The notes under the pieces are model-generated. The model was not told the DNA's origin and ran no database searches. It saw nothing but the letters and a program-made list of their open reading frames with translations. Position numbers and translations under genes: made by a program. Positions 35,860-52,969 of a stretch of DNA of 64,000 nt are shown here, in pieces (positions within the stretch are counted from its first letter, which is position 1; every line of letters starts with the position of its first letter). Source of the stretch: the human T2T-CHM13v2.0 reference genome, Homo sapiens; the NCBI GenBank assembly GCA_009914755.4, contig CP068257.2, forward strand, positions 15,488,001 to 15,552,000, given 5' to 3'.

Positions 35860-36626
35860 ACAATGAGAACACATGGACACAGGAAGGGGAACATCACACT
35901 CTGGGGACTGTTTGGGGTGGGGGGAGGCTGGAGGGATGGCATTGGGAGATATACCTAATGCTAGATGATGAGTTAGTGGGTGCAGCGCACCAGCAAGGCA
36001 CATGTATACATATGTAACTAACCTGTACATTGTGCACATGTACCCTAAAACTTAAAGTATAATAATAAAAAATAAATTTAAAAAAATAAAGGTGAAAAAG
36101 ACACAAAGGAAAAAAATATTTTGCATTTTGACTATAGAATTAGCAACAGGAAGGCATTTTAATTAAGGTTACACTCATTTCATATTATATTTTCTAATCT
36201 GTTATTGTTATGAGGCATATGTGCTCCTGGCAATACGGTGAAGAGAATCTCTCTGAATATTGATCTTTCTTCCTGAGGGAAAGTGCTCATGATTTCTATG
36301 GCGAGACTAGTGGGGGCCATGGAGTGAAGTGGCACAACGAAGAGTTAGAACCGTATACAGAAAAAAAATTACAACTTTCATAGCAGATAAGACATCTAAA
36401 GCCTAGTGACAGTAAACAACATATTCAAGATCACCCAATATTAGTAATTAAGTCAGCAACAATGACAAGACGGGAACTTGAAAGAAAATTTATCATGACA
36501 TAACTCACACACCTCTTAACTGAAGTGGCCTTATAAAGGATTAGAGCTAAATAGCCACCTGTTGTTTGAGCAGTGAGTTAAAGGAGAGCAGTACTTTGCT
36601 GAAACAATGGCTTAAGGAAGCAGTGA

Positions 36627-37028
<402 letters not shown>

Positions 37029-37712
37029 GATGAGTTGAAAGTTTTCTAAGCAAAGCTTTCAACTATCCACAGCACCTAAACAGAGAAGTCAAGACACAAC
37101 CACGCACTACAAAAAGCCAATATCGTTGACCATCATGAAATCATTGTTATATGAGTACCAAATATGGAAAGACTCTAGGGCGTGCTTTCTACTTTCTTGC
37201 TCCTTTAGATGAGGTGTGACCATGTGACTGGCATTCACCAAGAAATACAAATAGAAGTGGCATGAAATACTTTGGGGCAGAAATTTTAAGTGTCAGTATG
37301 CAGTTTGCATAAGAGAATGAATTCACTTTGATAATGCATAAAAATAGCAAGAATTCTAGCAACCCGAGAGGAAAAGTCAATGATCTCTAACTATTGAGTG
37401 ATAAAAGCTGTACTTGATGCAAGCCTATTAATAGAGGGTGAGAATTAGAAGACAGGTACACAAATATGACATCGAACTACAGAAGACAGTGGGACAAGAA
37501 CACTATAGAATGAAAAAGTGAATCAGGAGAACAAAGGGAACAGGTATTCAAACAAAACCAGATTCAAAGTTTGAGAAAATTGTGTCTCTTTATAAGATGA
37601 AATACAAATTTTATTAGAGCTCCAAGATTATTAATTATACTTGTTTACAATTAGGCTTCATCACATAATGTAGGATTTCCTTTTTAAAAATTATTTGTAG
37701 AAATTTATAGGG

Positions 37713-37885
37713 TACAAGTGCAATTTTCTTACATGGGTAGATTATGTAGTGGTGAAGTTAGAGCTTTTACTGTATCCATCACCCAAATAGTGTACATTGT
37801 ATCCATTAAGTAATCTCTCATCATCCACCCTCCTTTCATCCCCTCGCCTTTCCAAGTATCCATTGTCTATCATCCATCACATCAC
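37713..37885 (-). mobile_element. Short L1 (L1MA/L1PB-type) 3'-terminal fragment on the minus strand, with a TSD of about 16 bp cacataatgtaggatttc.
   Basis: Sequence tacaagtgcaattttcttacatgggtagattatgtagtggtgaagttagagcttttactgtatccatcacccaaatagtgtacattgtatccattaagtaatctctcatcatccaccc is the reverse complement of the older L1 3'UTR terminus. The same motif recurs at 56925-57130. Direct repeats at 37662-37679 and 37883-37900. Confidence 0.5.
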
Positions 37886-39448
37886 ACAATGTAGGATTTC
37901 TCTTGCTACCGTTAAAGTCCACTCCAGAGCAAGACCCTGACACTAAAAAAAAAAAAAGTCAGAAAAGAAATAAAAAAGAAAAGTTACAAATATTTATCCA
38001 CTTTCCAACGGCTGTTCAAAGTTATACTGCCCAGAGTAAGCAAACCAGAAAAACAGCATCAGGTATATGGTGTTGCTCTGCCCAAATTTGTTTCTGTTGG
38101 TGTGGTGCACCTCATGAAATAGATGGCCTCTAGAGCACTTGTCAGTTTTAGAACATGATGGATCTAGATTTCACTAATGAGGTATTCCAGAAGCTGAATA
38201 TATCAGGAGTCTTATCTCACAGATATGTATATATTTATAATTGCTTTAGTTTGATCTAGTGCTTACTATCATGTTGGCTACTATGTACTGTCTGCTAGCT
38301 TTCAAGTTCTGTATTCACTTGAAATGCCCATCTTATAAAAGCAGTGGTATATTATGACATACAATGATTTTAGGAAACTCCACTGAAGAAATAAATTTAG
38401 AATTCTGTCATGTAAGATTTTAAAAATCAAAAACTACTGGGGCTTTTCCTAGAGATTATCATTATTCCTTTTTATTAATAATAACTTCTAGCCCTTATGG
38501 ACTGTATTACTATGTTCATGTTCAACTAGACAATGGTGAGGTTGAAATCTAAAGACATTTTTCAAAGGAAGACTGTGCTCTTTTCTTTATAGCACACTGC
38601 CTCTATTTTATTAAGCAAGGGTAACTAAAAGGTTGTCTTACAATCTTACAAAAGATGGTCTGTCAGATTCCTTCCCTTATTCTTAGCCAATTCTAATTGT
38701 GGTAGATTTGTTTTTGTCTGGTGAGTTTTATGTTTTTTATTTACACCTCTTTGTTCTTGGTTTCATTATCAATAATTTCTTAAATTTGGAGGAGGTCAGA
38801 CAGTTACCTAGCCTCTGGGGACTCAACTATGGTCCCTTCTCTCAATGATTTTAAGATGTGGTGAAAAAATTCACTACCTGGTGAAGCTAAAGTGCAGGAT
38901 TTCTTCACTGTTCTCTGAGTATGCATGATTGTCAGATATATCAACTTTCAGATAATGAACACATGGCACCATTGTTGTCTCTGAGACTTGAGGATGAGGT
39001 GAGGAAAACCATCAATAGTGGTTGAATTTCTACGATTCCAGGATTCCTATAAACCATGGACGAGATGTCGTAGAGAGGGTATAAGTGGAGGGCAGGATGT
39101 AGAGTTCCACTTGTATGTGAAACTCTGAGCTTTTGACTCCTGATACATAATTGGATATAAACAGCTTTTCTATTTGTAAAGGGGAAGGCATTAGGAGCTT
39201 TTCAGTAAAGACTTGCATGTCTAAAAAAGAAAATGGGGGAAGTATTTTTTGGTCCAAAACACCACAAAAAATAAAAGTAATAACTTTCAAACAGGATTAA
39301 TATGAGTTATGTCTACAGAAGAAGAGAGGTGACTAATAAATTTTACACCTCAATGTACTCTCTTATTTTAATATGAATGTGTAGTATATGGCTTTCTCAC
39401 AGGATTCTCACAACACATCTTCAATGTTCACTGAGGACTTCTTGCTTG

Positions 39449-40455
39449 TTTTTATTATTATTATTATACTTTAAGTTTTACGGTACATGTGCACAATGTG
39501 CCAGTTAGTTACATATGTATACATGTGCCATGCTGGTGTGCTGCACCCATTAACTCGTCATTTAGCATTAGGTATATCTCCCAATGCCATCCCTCCCCCC
39601 TCCCCCCACCCCACAACAGTCCCCAGAGTGTGATGTTCCCCTTCCTGTGTCCATGTGTTCTCATTGTTCAATTCCCACCTATGAGTGAGAATATGCGGTG
39701 TTTGGTTTTTTGTTCTTGCGATAGTTTACTGAGAATGATGATTTCCAATTTCATCCATGTCCCTACAAAGGACATGAACTCATCATTTTTTATGGCTGCA
39801 TAGTATTCCATGGTGTATATGTGCCACATTTTCTTAATCCAGTCTATCATTGTTGGACATTTGGGTTGGTTCCAAGTCTTTGCTATTGTGAATAGTGCTG
39901 CAATAAACATACGTGTTCATGTGTCTTTATAGCAGCATGATTTATAGTCCTTTGGGTATATACCCAGTAATGGGATGGCTGGGTCAAATGGTATTTCTAG
40001 TTCTAGATCCCTGAGGAATCGCCACACTGACTTCCACAAGGGTTGAACTAGTTTACAGTCTCACCAACAGTGTAAAAGTATTCGTATTTCTCCACATCCT
40101 CTCCAGCACCTGTTGTTTCCTGACTTTTTAATGATTGCCATTCTAACTGGTGTGAGATGGTATCTCATTGTGGTTTTGATTTGCATTTCTCTGATGGCCA
40201 GTTGATGGTGAGCATTTTTTCATGTGTTTTTTGGCTGCATAAATATCTTCTTTTGAGAAGTGTCTGTTCATGTCCTTCACCCACTTTTTGATTGGTTGTT
40301 TGTTTTTTTTCTTGTAAATACAGACAAGCAAATGCTGAGAGATTTTGTCAGCACCAGGCCTGCCCTAAAAGAGCGCCTGAAGGAAGCACTAAACATGGAA
40401 AGGAACAACCGGTACCAGCCACTGCAAAATCATGCCAAATTGTAAAGACCACCAA
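39449..40455 (-). mobile_element. L1PA insertion with a 5' inversion (twin-priming-type). The 3' segment (last ~870 bp plus poly-A) lies on the minus strand at 39449-40319. The inverted segment is from the ORF1 C-terminus and inter-ORF region and lies on the plus strand at 40320-40455.
   Basis: Minus segment: tttattattattattatactttaagttttacggtacatgtgcacaatgtgccagttagttacatatgtatacatgtgccatgctggtgtgctgcacccattaac... ...ttgtttgtttttttcttgtaaat. Plus segment: acagacaagcaaatgctgagagattttgtcagcaccaggcctgccctaaaagagcgcctgaaggaagcactaaacatggaaaggaacaaccggtaccagccactgcaaaatcatgccaaattgtaaagaccaccaa, which encodes ..TDKQMLRDFVSTRPALKERLKEALNMERNNRYQPLQNHAKL*. Confidence 0.8.
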
Positions 40456-41089
40456 GGTGTGTTTTTAATTGATGGGATAAAGTAGGTACAGAGAACGAAT
40501 AAGCACATGGAATTGCAAAGGTTGCTTTGAAGCATGCTCTATTAAGTGCCTATTATATATAATTTCAAATGGAGTTGGAGAGCCATAAAATCCTATAAGC
40601 ACCTTTTAATTAAATTTAATCTATAATTAATTCATAATTTAATTCATATTTTAATAGGACTGATTTTAGGCTTCATATTTATAGAAAACAATAAAAATTG
40701 TGATTAATATAGGGAAAAAATGATCAGAAGAAGGCCAAAGATAACATCCATTGCAAAGGCATTTTTGAGAAGAAGACTGTATAACATCCATGCAAAAGAG
40801 CTCATAAACACTAACTGCATAACTAGTGTTTAAAATAAGAGGTTTAGAGAAGCCAAATAAATAATTTCCAAGTAGAAGGGGCGGAAAAACTTCATTTATA
40901 GGGTGCCAGGATATTAGTCTGGAATCAACATGTAGAAAATCCCAGACAAGGATATGAAGAAGATTGTTAACACGAGGCTATTTAAGAATGGAGAAAAAAA
41001 AAAAAAAAGAACTCCCTGTTAGGTAAAAATTTTCCTTTCCTTAGGGTATTAGAGTGGCCAGTTAATTATCTGCCCTCTTCATCAACTTT

Positions 41090-41260
41090 ATAAAACATTT
41101 TTTGAGTCCTTACTAGGACCAGCACTTATGCTATGATAGGATCACATTGATTGTGTCATTTAGTATTAACAATAGCACTTGCAGATCGTAACTGTCATTA
41201 TCTCTCCATTTTTCCCGGTGAGGAAACTAAAGCTTTAAGATATTTCTAAATACTCAAGCT
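41090..41260 (-). repeat. MIR SINE fragment, minus strand.
   Basis: Sequence aacattttttgagtccttactaggaccagcacttatgctatg...catttagtattaacaatagcacttgcagatcg...ctccatttttcccggtgaggaaactaaagctttaagatatttc matches the reverse complement of MIR. Confidence 0.45.
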
Positions 41261-41296
41261 TGATAATGTATTTTTATAATTTTATGACAATAATAG

Positions 41297-41638
<342 letters not shown>

Positions 41639-41849
41639 CTAGTGAAACAAAATTTTTGTACAATTTTGAAATGAAGTTTGTATTAATCCAAACTGGGTAT
41701 TTGAAAGTTATAATTATTAAATATAAGCTCTAGGGCAACTAATAACAAAATATCTTTTAAAATATAGTAAAAGAGGCAATAAGGAAATTGAAGTGATATA
41801 CTAGAAAATGTCTATTTTTAAAAAATAAGGCAGCAATGGAGGAATCGAG

Positions 41850-44402
<2,553 letters not shown>

Positions 44403-47400
44403 AAAACATATGGAAGACAGGAGGCAGGACTCACTTGTAGCTCCCACTCAGATTAACAGAACCACATGTGGAGACTCACATTATGAACTTTTGCTCCAAG
44501 ACATACTGCAGGAACATACTGGGAAAACAAACAAACAAACAAAAGATTACAGACCTTTTGAAAGAAGCAGCTTCCTGCTGCAAATTCTGTGATGTGAGAC
44601 AGTTGAAAAACTCAGCGCCCAAAGTGTGAGAGGGAGAAAGCCCACATCTGAACACAGATTCTCCCTGGGGAACCTGAAAATCAAGATCACAGGAGAAAGA
44701 CTTAACCTTACCTAAAGCTGAAACAAATTTAGAGAGCCAAGTGAAATATAAAAGCAGAAGAAGCAGTGAGAAGAGCTGGTCCAACAGGACTCTTGGTCCC
44801 CAGGGAAGCTATTTCTGACTTCATCTCACAGGGTTCCTTTGGGAGGACTGCCAGTAGACCTGGGGAAGGACCACAGGAAGCAGAAAACTTCCCGGTGAAC
44901 TCTTTAATAATTTTGAACTAGCACGAAATTTCCAGGGCAGAATTGGTGGGGGGTGGGGGCGGTGAATGTGAAGAGCAGGTACAAGCACAAAAGACATGGC
45001 AGGCAGGGATGGAAAAGGCCTGAAAGCCCAGCTTGCTTTCTCAGTGGGGAGGTTTGTAGTCTGGGACAATAACTCAGCCCTGCTCACTGGCCGTCTGGAT
45101 GTAAACTCGGTGCTGTTGTTGGGGCATGGTGAAAGTGAGCTTTTCTGGCTACATAAGAGCTGGGAGAGGCAGATCACTGCTGGCATTCCCCCACTTCTCT
45201 GGTGACCTGTATGATGCAGCAGAGGAAGCCATAATCTCCCCATATTACCTCTCTGAAGAAAGAACTTAAGAGCTCAAAGACAAAGCATTCAAATTAACCT
45301 AATCCAACAAAGACAAAGAAAAAAAGTTTGAAAAACATGAACAAAGCCTCCAAGAAGTTTGGGATTATGTTAAACAACCAAACCTAAATAATTGGTGCTC
45401 AGGAGAAAGATGATAAATCTAAAAATTTGGAAAACATATTTGAGAGAATAATCAAGGAATACTTCCCTGGCCTTTCTAGAGATCTAGACATACAAGTACA
45501 AGAAGCTCAAAGAACACCTGGGGAATTCATCACAAAGAGATCTTTACCTAGGTACATAGTCATCAGGTAATCTAAAGTCAAAACAAAAGAAACAATCTTG
45601 AGAGCTGTGAGGCAAAAGCATCAGGTAGCCTGTAAAGGAAAACCTATCAGACAAACAACAGATTTTTTAGCAGAAACCCTACAAGCTAGAAGTGATTGGG
45701 GTCCTATCTTTATCCTCCTTTAAAAAAAAAAATTATCAGCCAAGAATATTGTATCCAGCAAAATTAAGCTTCATTAATGAGTAAAAGATAAAGTCTTTTT
45801 CAAACAAACAAATGCTGACAGCATTTGTCACTGCCAAATGAATACTAAAAGAATTACTAAAAGGGGTTCCAAATTTTGAAACAAATTCTCAAAATACACC
45901 AAAATAGAAACTTCTTAAGGTTCTTAAAGCACAAATCTCACAGGGCCTGTAAAACAATAACACAATAAAAAAAAAAAAAAACAAGGTATTCAGGCAACAA
46001 ATGGCATGATGAATAGAAAAGTACCTCACATCTCAATACCAACATTGAATATAAATGGTCTAATCGCTCAACTTAAGAGATACAGAATGGCAGAATGGAT
46101 AAAAATTCACCAAGCAAGATTCTGCTGTCTTCAAGAAACTCACCTAACATAAAAGGATTTACATAAACTTAAGGTTAAAGGGTAGAAAAATATATTCCAT
46201 GCAAATGAACACCAAGAGCCAACAGAAGTATCTATTCTTATATTAGACAAAACAGACTTTAAAGAAAGAGTAGTTAAAAAGACAAAGATGTATATTATGT
46301 AATGATAACAGGACTAGTCCAACAGAAAAATATCATAATTCTAAATATATATGCACCTTACAGTGGAGATTCCAAATGTGAAAAACAATTACTACTAGAC
46401 CCAAGAAATGAGATAGATAGCATATAATAATAGTGGGGACTTTAGTACCCCACTGACTGAACTCTCATCAAGACAGAAAGTCAACAAAGAAACAATGGAC
46501 TTAAACTATATCCTTCAACAAATGGACTTAACAGATATTTATAGAACATTGTATACCCAATGATTGCAGAATATACATTCTATTCATTAGCACATAGAAC
46601 ATTCTCCAAGATAGACCATACGATACACCACAAAACAAGTCTCAATAAATTTAAGAAAATCAAAATTGTACCAAGAACTCTTTCAGACCACAGTGGAATA
46701 AAATTGGAAATCAACTCCAAAGGGAACCCTCAAAAACATGCAAATACAAGGAAATTAAATAGTCTGCTCCTAAATGATCCTTGGGTCAACAATACAATCA
46801 AGACAGAAATTAAAAATTTGTTTGAACTGAATGATAATAATGACACAACCTAACAAAACCTCAGGGATAGAGCAAAAGAGGTGCTAAAAGGAAAGTTCAT
46901 AGCATTAAATGTCTACATCAAAAAGTCTGAAAGAACACACATATGCCATCTAAGGTCATGCCTTGAGGAACTATAGAAACAAGAACAAACCAAACCCAAA
47001 CCCAAACCCTACAGAAGAAAAGAAATAACAAAGATCAGAGCAGAACTAAATGAAACTGAAACAAAAATAAATACAAAAGATAAATGAAAGAAAAAGCTGG
47101 TTCATTGAAAAGATAAACAAAACTAACAGAACATTAGTGAGATTAACCAAGACAAGAAGAGAGAAGATCCAAATAAGCTCAATTAGAAACAAAACAGAAA
47201 ATACCACAGAAATACAAAAGATCATTCAAGGCTACTATAAACACTTTTATGTGCATGAACTGAAAAACCTAGAGGAAATGGATAAATTCCTGGAAATATA
47301 AAACCCTCCTAGATTAAAACAGGAATAGAAACTCTGAACAGACCAAAAACAAATAGCAAGATTGAAATGGTAATTTAAAAATTGCCAACAAAAAAAAAAT

Positions 47401-48230
47401 CTAGGACCAGATGGATTCACAGCTGAATTCTATCAGACATTCAAAGATTTGATACCAATCCTATTGAAACTATTTCAAACGATAGAGAAAGAGGGACTCT
47501 CCCTAATTATGTTATGGAGCCAGTGTCACCCTACTACCAAAACCAGGAAATAACATAACAAAAAAAGAAAACTAGAGACAAACGTCTCTGATGAATGTTA
47601 ATGCAAAAATTCTCAACAAAATATTAGCTAACCAAATCCAACAGCATATCAAAAAGATAATCCACCATGATCAAGTTGGTTTCATACCAGGGATTCAAAG
47701 ATGGTTTAATATACATAAATCAATAAACATGATACACCACATAAACAGAATCAAAAAGAAAAATCACATGATCATCTCAATAGATTCAGAAAAGCATTTG
47801 ATAAAATCCAACATTGCTTTATGATTAAAACTCTCAGTAAAACTGGTGTAGAAGGGACATACCTTAAAGTAATAACAGATATCTATGACAGACTCACAGC
47901 CAACATTATACTGAATGTGATAGTGTTAAAAGCATTCCCCTGAGAACTTCGACAAGCCAAGAATGCCCACTTTCACCACTTCTATTCAACATAGTATTGG
48001 AAGTCCTACCCAAGGCAATCAGAGAAGAGAAAAATAAAGGGTATCCAAATCGGTAAAGATGAAGTCAAACTGTTGCTGTTCACCAATGATATTATCATAT
48101 AACTAGAAAACCCCAAAGACTCATCCAAAGAGCTCCTAGGTCTGATAAATGAAAGTTTCAGGATACAAAATCAATGTACATAAATCAGTAGCACTGCTAT
48201 ACACCAAGGGCAACCAAGCTGAGAATCAAC
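44403..48230 (+). mobile_element. Full-length older L1 (L1PB/L1MA-like), 5' part: 5'UTR, ORF1 and the ORF2 5' half. It is nested in the L1M host and split by the ERV at about 48230. It continues at 53650-55392.
   Basis: 5'UTR-like start ..caggaggcaggactcacttgtagctcccactcag.. resembles the L1 5' terminus (ataggaacagctccggtctacagctcccagcgtgag). ORF1-like sequence at 45250-45900. ORF2 EN/RT sequence (46560-46853 [53 protein letters not shown]..; 47591-47824 ..[44 protein letters not shown]). Confidence 0.7.
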
Positions 48231-48589
48231 TGATAGGGACAGGAGGCAGGGAAATTCTGGGTAGAAGAGGGCAGGTGCCCAGTGAGGGCCCTGCTGATTC
48301 TCATCAAATCCCTGGTCTATCATGGATAGCTTGGTATAATTGAGAGGCTTAATTCTAGTCCTCCATTATGCACACCTGAAAGTGTCTCCTCTTCCATTCT
48401 CCCATCTCATCATTGGGATCCCATTTAGGGTCATCCAATGGTACTGTTTCTCTTCCAGTTGGATAAAGTTTGACCCCTTCCCTGACACTATATGTGATAC
48501 AAAGCTCAATCCTTTCTGGAAAGGCTAAGAAGGGCTTTGATAAAGCACACCTCTCTATCTCCTGATTCAGTTGAGGGACACTTAATCCC

Positions 48590-49110
48590 TAAATGTATTT
48601 AAAAATCCATGTATTACTAAAAAATAAGTGTATTACTCAGGTATCCCCTGATATCAGGAGGAAGCTGCAGAAATGGGCCCTGAGACCAGATAGTACTTTA
48701 GAGAACCTCCTGAAAGTGACCACTTCCATCTTTTATAATAGAGATAGGGAAACCCAAGAGAGAGAGAGGAGACACAGGAAAGAGGCAGAGGCTTCAATGG
48801 CCACCATGCAAGCCCACAAACCCAGAATCCCTGAGGTGCACCTCTTAACTGCTACAGATGTGGTAAGCCAGGAAATTTTAGGAAGAATTCCCCAGGCAGC
48901 ATGAGGAACCCACCTTGACCCTGTCCAATCTGCAAAGGGGACCACTGGAAGGTGGACTGTCACCAGGGACACTGGTAACTGGGTTCAGAGCCAATCGCCC
49001 AAATGGTCCAGCAGGACTGATGGCTCCCAGGGTTCCTCTTTCCAGCTCCAGTGGTCCAGACCACCACTACCATCCAGGAGCTCCAGATAATTTTGGAAAC
49101 TGAATAGAGA
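48590..49110 (+). pseudogene. ERV gag remnant (CA C-terminus and NC with degenerate CCHC zinc knuckles).
   Basis: Sequence SPDIRRKLQKWALRPDSTLENLLKVTTSIFYNRDRETQERERRHRKEAEA resembles MLV CA ..[45 protein letters not shown]. Knuckles CYRCGKPGNFRKN and CPICKGDHWKVDC are present. Confidence 0.6.
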
Positions 49111-49149
49111 AAAGTGGATCTCCCTCTGCACACCATGGCTGGTCTCTCA

Positions 49150-51160
49150 GTTCTCCTCTCCAATCTGAGCTCCCTCTACTCTCTTAGCATAACTAGTGAG
49201 GGGTGTCTCAGGAAGTCCTTTAATCCCATATTCTTCCCAACCCATTAATTGTAGTTCAGGAGACCTCTTGTTCACCCATGCCTTTCTAATTATCCCTGAA
49301 AGCACCAACTCCTCTGTTGGGTAGGAATATTCTGACCCATATGGGGACCACCATCCTGATGGCCACAGGACAAACTCTTTCTCTCTCCCTAGTGGAGACT
49401 AATATTAACCCAGAAGTTTGGGCAATTCAAGGGAAAATTGGCTGAGCCACAACCACCATACCGGCTGGGTCCACCTTAAGGCTCTCACCTCCTTTCCTAA
49501 CCAGAAACAATAGCCCCTGAAACCAGAAGTTAAGAAAGGACTAGAAGCCATTATTGATAACTTAAGGTTGCAAGGCCTCCTCAAACCCTGGAACAGCCCT
49601 TTAATACCCCAATATTCAGGGCACAAAAACCCAGTTGGGAATGGAGACTAGTTCAGTACCTCCACCTCGTTAATGAGGCTGTGGTTCCAATTCACCTGGT
49701 GGTTCCCAATCCACATTCCCTACTAGCTCAAATACCTAAGGAAACTAAATAGTTCACAGTCCCAGACCTAAAGGATGCCTTCTTCTGCCTACCATTGCAC
49801 CCCAACTCCCAATATTTGTTTGCATTTGAGGATCCCTCCAAATAAACCACCCAGTTAACCTGAATGATGTTACCTCAGGGACTCTGAGATGGCCCCCACG
49901 TGTTTGGACAGGCATTGTCAAGAGAACCCTCTGAGTTACTTTATCCTCAGGTGAAAGTTTTACAGTATGTAGATGACATACTTCTCTGAACTTCAACTGA
50001 GGAAATCTCTCAGGAGGGCAGTAAGGCTCTTCTTAATTTCCTGGCTAACAGAGAATACAAGGTTTCAAAATCTAAAGCTCAGCTCTGTCAGACTTAAGTG
50101 AAGTACCTAGGTCTGGTCTTGGCAGAGTGGACCAGGGCATTGAGCAAAGAAAGGATTAATCCCATTTCCTCCTTTCCTTTCCCCAAAACACTCAAGCAAC
50201 TGAGGGGATTCTTAGGCATTACAGGATTCTGCAGACTATGGATACCTGGGTACAGTGAATAGCTCATCCCTTATATCACCTAATAAAGGAGATTTGGATA
50301 GCTAAAACTCACTAATTTGGGAACCAGAGGCTAGAAAAGCCTTTGACCAACTGAAACAAGCCTTGCTTAAGGCAATACTCCTTAGTCTTCCCATAGGGAA
50401 GATGTTTAATCTTTATACCTCAGAAGGAAAGGGAATGGCCTTGGGAGTTCTAACCCACATCTGGGGTCCAGCCCAGAAACCTGTAGGCTACCTAGGTAAG
50501 GAGCTTGATTTTGTAGCCAAAGGAGAGCTGGCTTGCCTCCAGGCAGTTGCAGCAGTAGCCTTTCTGGTTACCAGAGGTTACTGAGTTAACCATAGGGAAT
50601 AACTTAACCATCTATACTCTGCATAATGTGGCAGGACTTTGGTTTTCTAAGGGGAGTCTCTGGCTAATGAATAACTGCCTCCTCAGGTATCAAGCTCTGC
50701 TATTAGAGGGATCTGCAGTCCAAACAAGGACTTGTCCATCCCTAAATTCAGCCACCTTCCTCCCAGCGGAAGCTGAGAGCTTGAACATGACTGTGAACAG
50801 ATAGTAGTATCCAGCCAGAGAGGGCCTCTAGGAAACCCCCTTAGAGAACCCAGACAAAATTCTCTTTATGAGTGGAAATTCTTTTGTAAAACAAGAGATC
50901 CATAAAGCATGGTATGCTATAGTTATTCTGACTGATATTTTTGAGAGCTCGTCTCTCTCCTTGGGAACAAGAGCTCAACTAGCTGAGCTCATTGCCCTCA
51001 CGAGGGCACTCAAATTAAGCAAAGGGAAAGCAGTTAACATTTACGCTGATTCTAAGTATCCTTTCCTAGACCTCCATGCCCATGCTGCTATCTGGAAAGA
51101 GAGAAACTTTCTCACAGCTAATGGGTCTCCCATTAAATACCAACAGGAAATTAATTGACT
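49150..51160 (+). pseudogene. ERV pro-pol remnant: protease C-terminus, reverse transcriptase (YVDD box at about 49964-49987) and RNase H. Frameshifted in several places.
   Basis: LLGRNILTHMGTTIL resembles MLV LLGRDLLTKLKAQIH. QGLLKPWNSPLIP resembles QGILVPCQSPWNTPLLP. LQYVDDILL is present. LLSLPIGKMFNLYTSEGKGMALGVLTHIWGPAQKPVGYLGKELDFVAKGELACLQAVAAVAFLV (50363-50584) resembles MLV [96 protein letters not shown] (50868-51158) resembles [32 protein letters not shown]. Confidence 0.85.
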
Positions 51161-51199
51161 ATCATCCTCAGTTTTCATCCCATAGGAAGTAGCAGTAAC

Positions 51200-52550
51200 A
51201 CAATGTGAAGGCCCCCAAAAGGAATGGATAAAGTAACTGAGGGAAATAGGTTGGAAGACTAAGCAGCTAAGTCAGCAGAGAGAGGGCCTCAGATTTCTGA
51301 TCCACTTGAAGCCCCACTGGTCTGGGAGGGCCTCATAGGAGAAATAAAACTTCAGTATTCTCCTATGGAAATAGAATGGGGCACCTCTTGGGGTTACATC
51401 TTTCAGTCCTCAGGATGGCCACAATTGGAGGATGCCAAGCTTCATCTACTGGCTGCCAAACAATGGAAAGTTCTTAAAAGCCTTCACCAGGCCTTTCACC
51501 TGGGTAAAGATAAAACCTTTCAAATGGTTCAGAGATTGTTCTCAGGTAAAAACCTGACACAAATAGTTAAACAGGTTGTTAACGCTTGCAAGATTTGCCT
51601 TAAAAATCATCCCCTCAGCTGACCACTTCTGCACCCAGGAACTCAAAGGACAGCAGGCTGAGGGAAAACTAGCAAATGGATTTCACCCATATGTCAAAGG
51701 TAAGGGGCATCCAGTACCTTCTAGAATGAACAGATACCTTCACTAACTGGGTAGAGCCATTTCCATGTGGGACAAAGAAAGCCTCCAAGGTGGTAAAAGT
51801 ACTGATTAATGAGATAATTCCTTGCCCTGGCCTGCCTAAGCAACTTCAGAGAGATAATGGCCTCTCATTCAAGGCAGCTGTGACCCAGGGGGGTCACAAA
51901 GGCACTAGGAATACACTACCATCTTCATTGTGCTTGGAGACCACGATGCTCAGGAAAGATAGAAAAGACAAATGATATTATAAAAAAGGCACCTCAGAAA
52001 ACTATCTCCCTCAGACTAATCTTCCCTAGACTAACCTTCTCACCATAGCTCTACTACATATTTAAAACAGCCCTTTAAAGCTAGGTTTGAGTCCTTTTGA
52101 AATGATGTATGGACAGCCTTTTCTCACCAATGATTTCTTGCTAGACAAATAAATCTCTGATTTGCTAGACAAATAAATCTCTGATCTTTGGCCCATTTCC
52201 AACAGGAACTGGAGCAACTGTCAGAGGCCCAATCCCATGAATTTGGGCCACTTCTATTCAACCCAGGGGACCTAGTACTGATGAAGGTACTTCCTTCCCT
52301 TCCTCCCTCTATAAACCCAGATTGGAAGGGACTTTACGCTGTACTTGTTTCCACTCCTACAGCACTGAAAGTCACTGGAATATGTTCTTGGATTTATTAT
52401 ACCCAAGTAAAGGCCTGGAAAGCTCACAGAGTTACCTCCATCAACCCAGAAGACCACCGAAAGTACCAATGTGAAGAGATCAGAGATCTCAAGTTAATAA
52501 TTTTTAAAAAAGTGTTAATAATTAGCCTTTCAGGTATATTCTCTTTATAG
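51200..52550 (+). pseudogene. ERV integrase remnant (HHCC zinc-finger region, catalytic core, C-terminal domain).
   Basis: Track ORFs 51365-51622 (..LHQAFHLGKDKTFQMVQRLF..VVNACKICLKNHP), 51790-51975 (..GLPKQLQRDNGLSFKAAVTQG.., compare MLV G(M/I)PQVLGTDNGPAFVSKVSQ) and 52188-52550 (..GDLVLMKV....[31 protein letters not shown], compare MLV ..[48 protein letters not shown]). Confidence 0.8.
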
Positions 52551-52969
52551 TCTTGCCTATGCTTGCTGTTGTTACCTTCGTTCTATTGTATACCACAGGT
52601 TAAAAATGGTGATTTCAGAATGATTAGTATATTTCACTTATTTCTGTAATCTTTGGCACAAAATTCTTTCCTTTTAACTCCTCTTTGTGTAATACACATA
52701 TTTGATCCACACATACTTAACTTTGTAAAACTTGTTTTTTCTTGCCTAGAGGCCATCAAACTCCAAGCTATCAAACAACCGGAGCCTCAGACAATGGTTC
52801 CCTTTTGCTGGGGACCTCTGGGAGGAATCTGACTGCTGTTCTGCCTAAAACAACACCCCCTGTCACCAAAAAGCCTGACACCATGACCCAAAGTGAGAAC
52901 TTATATCATTGTTTTCCTGCTCTAATGTTGCCTTTTCCAAAACCACTCATGTTCTGTCCCACCCCCATC

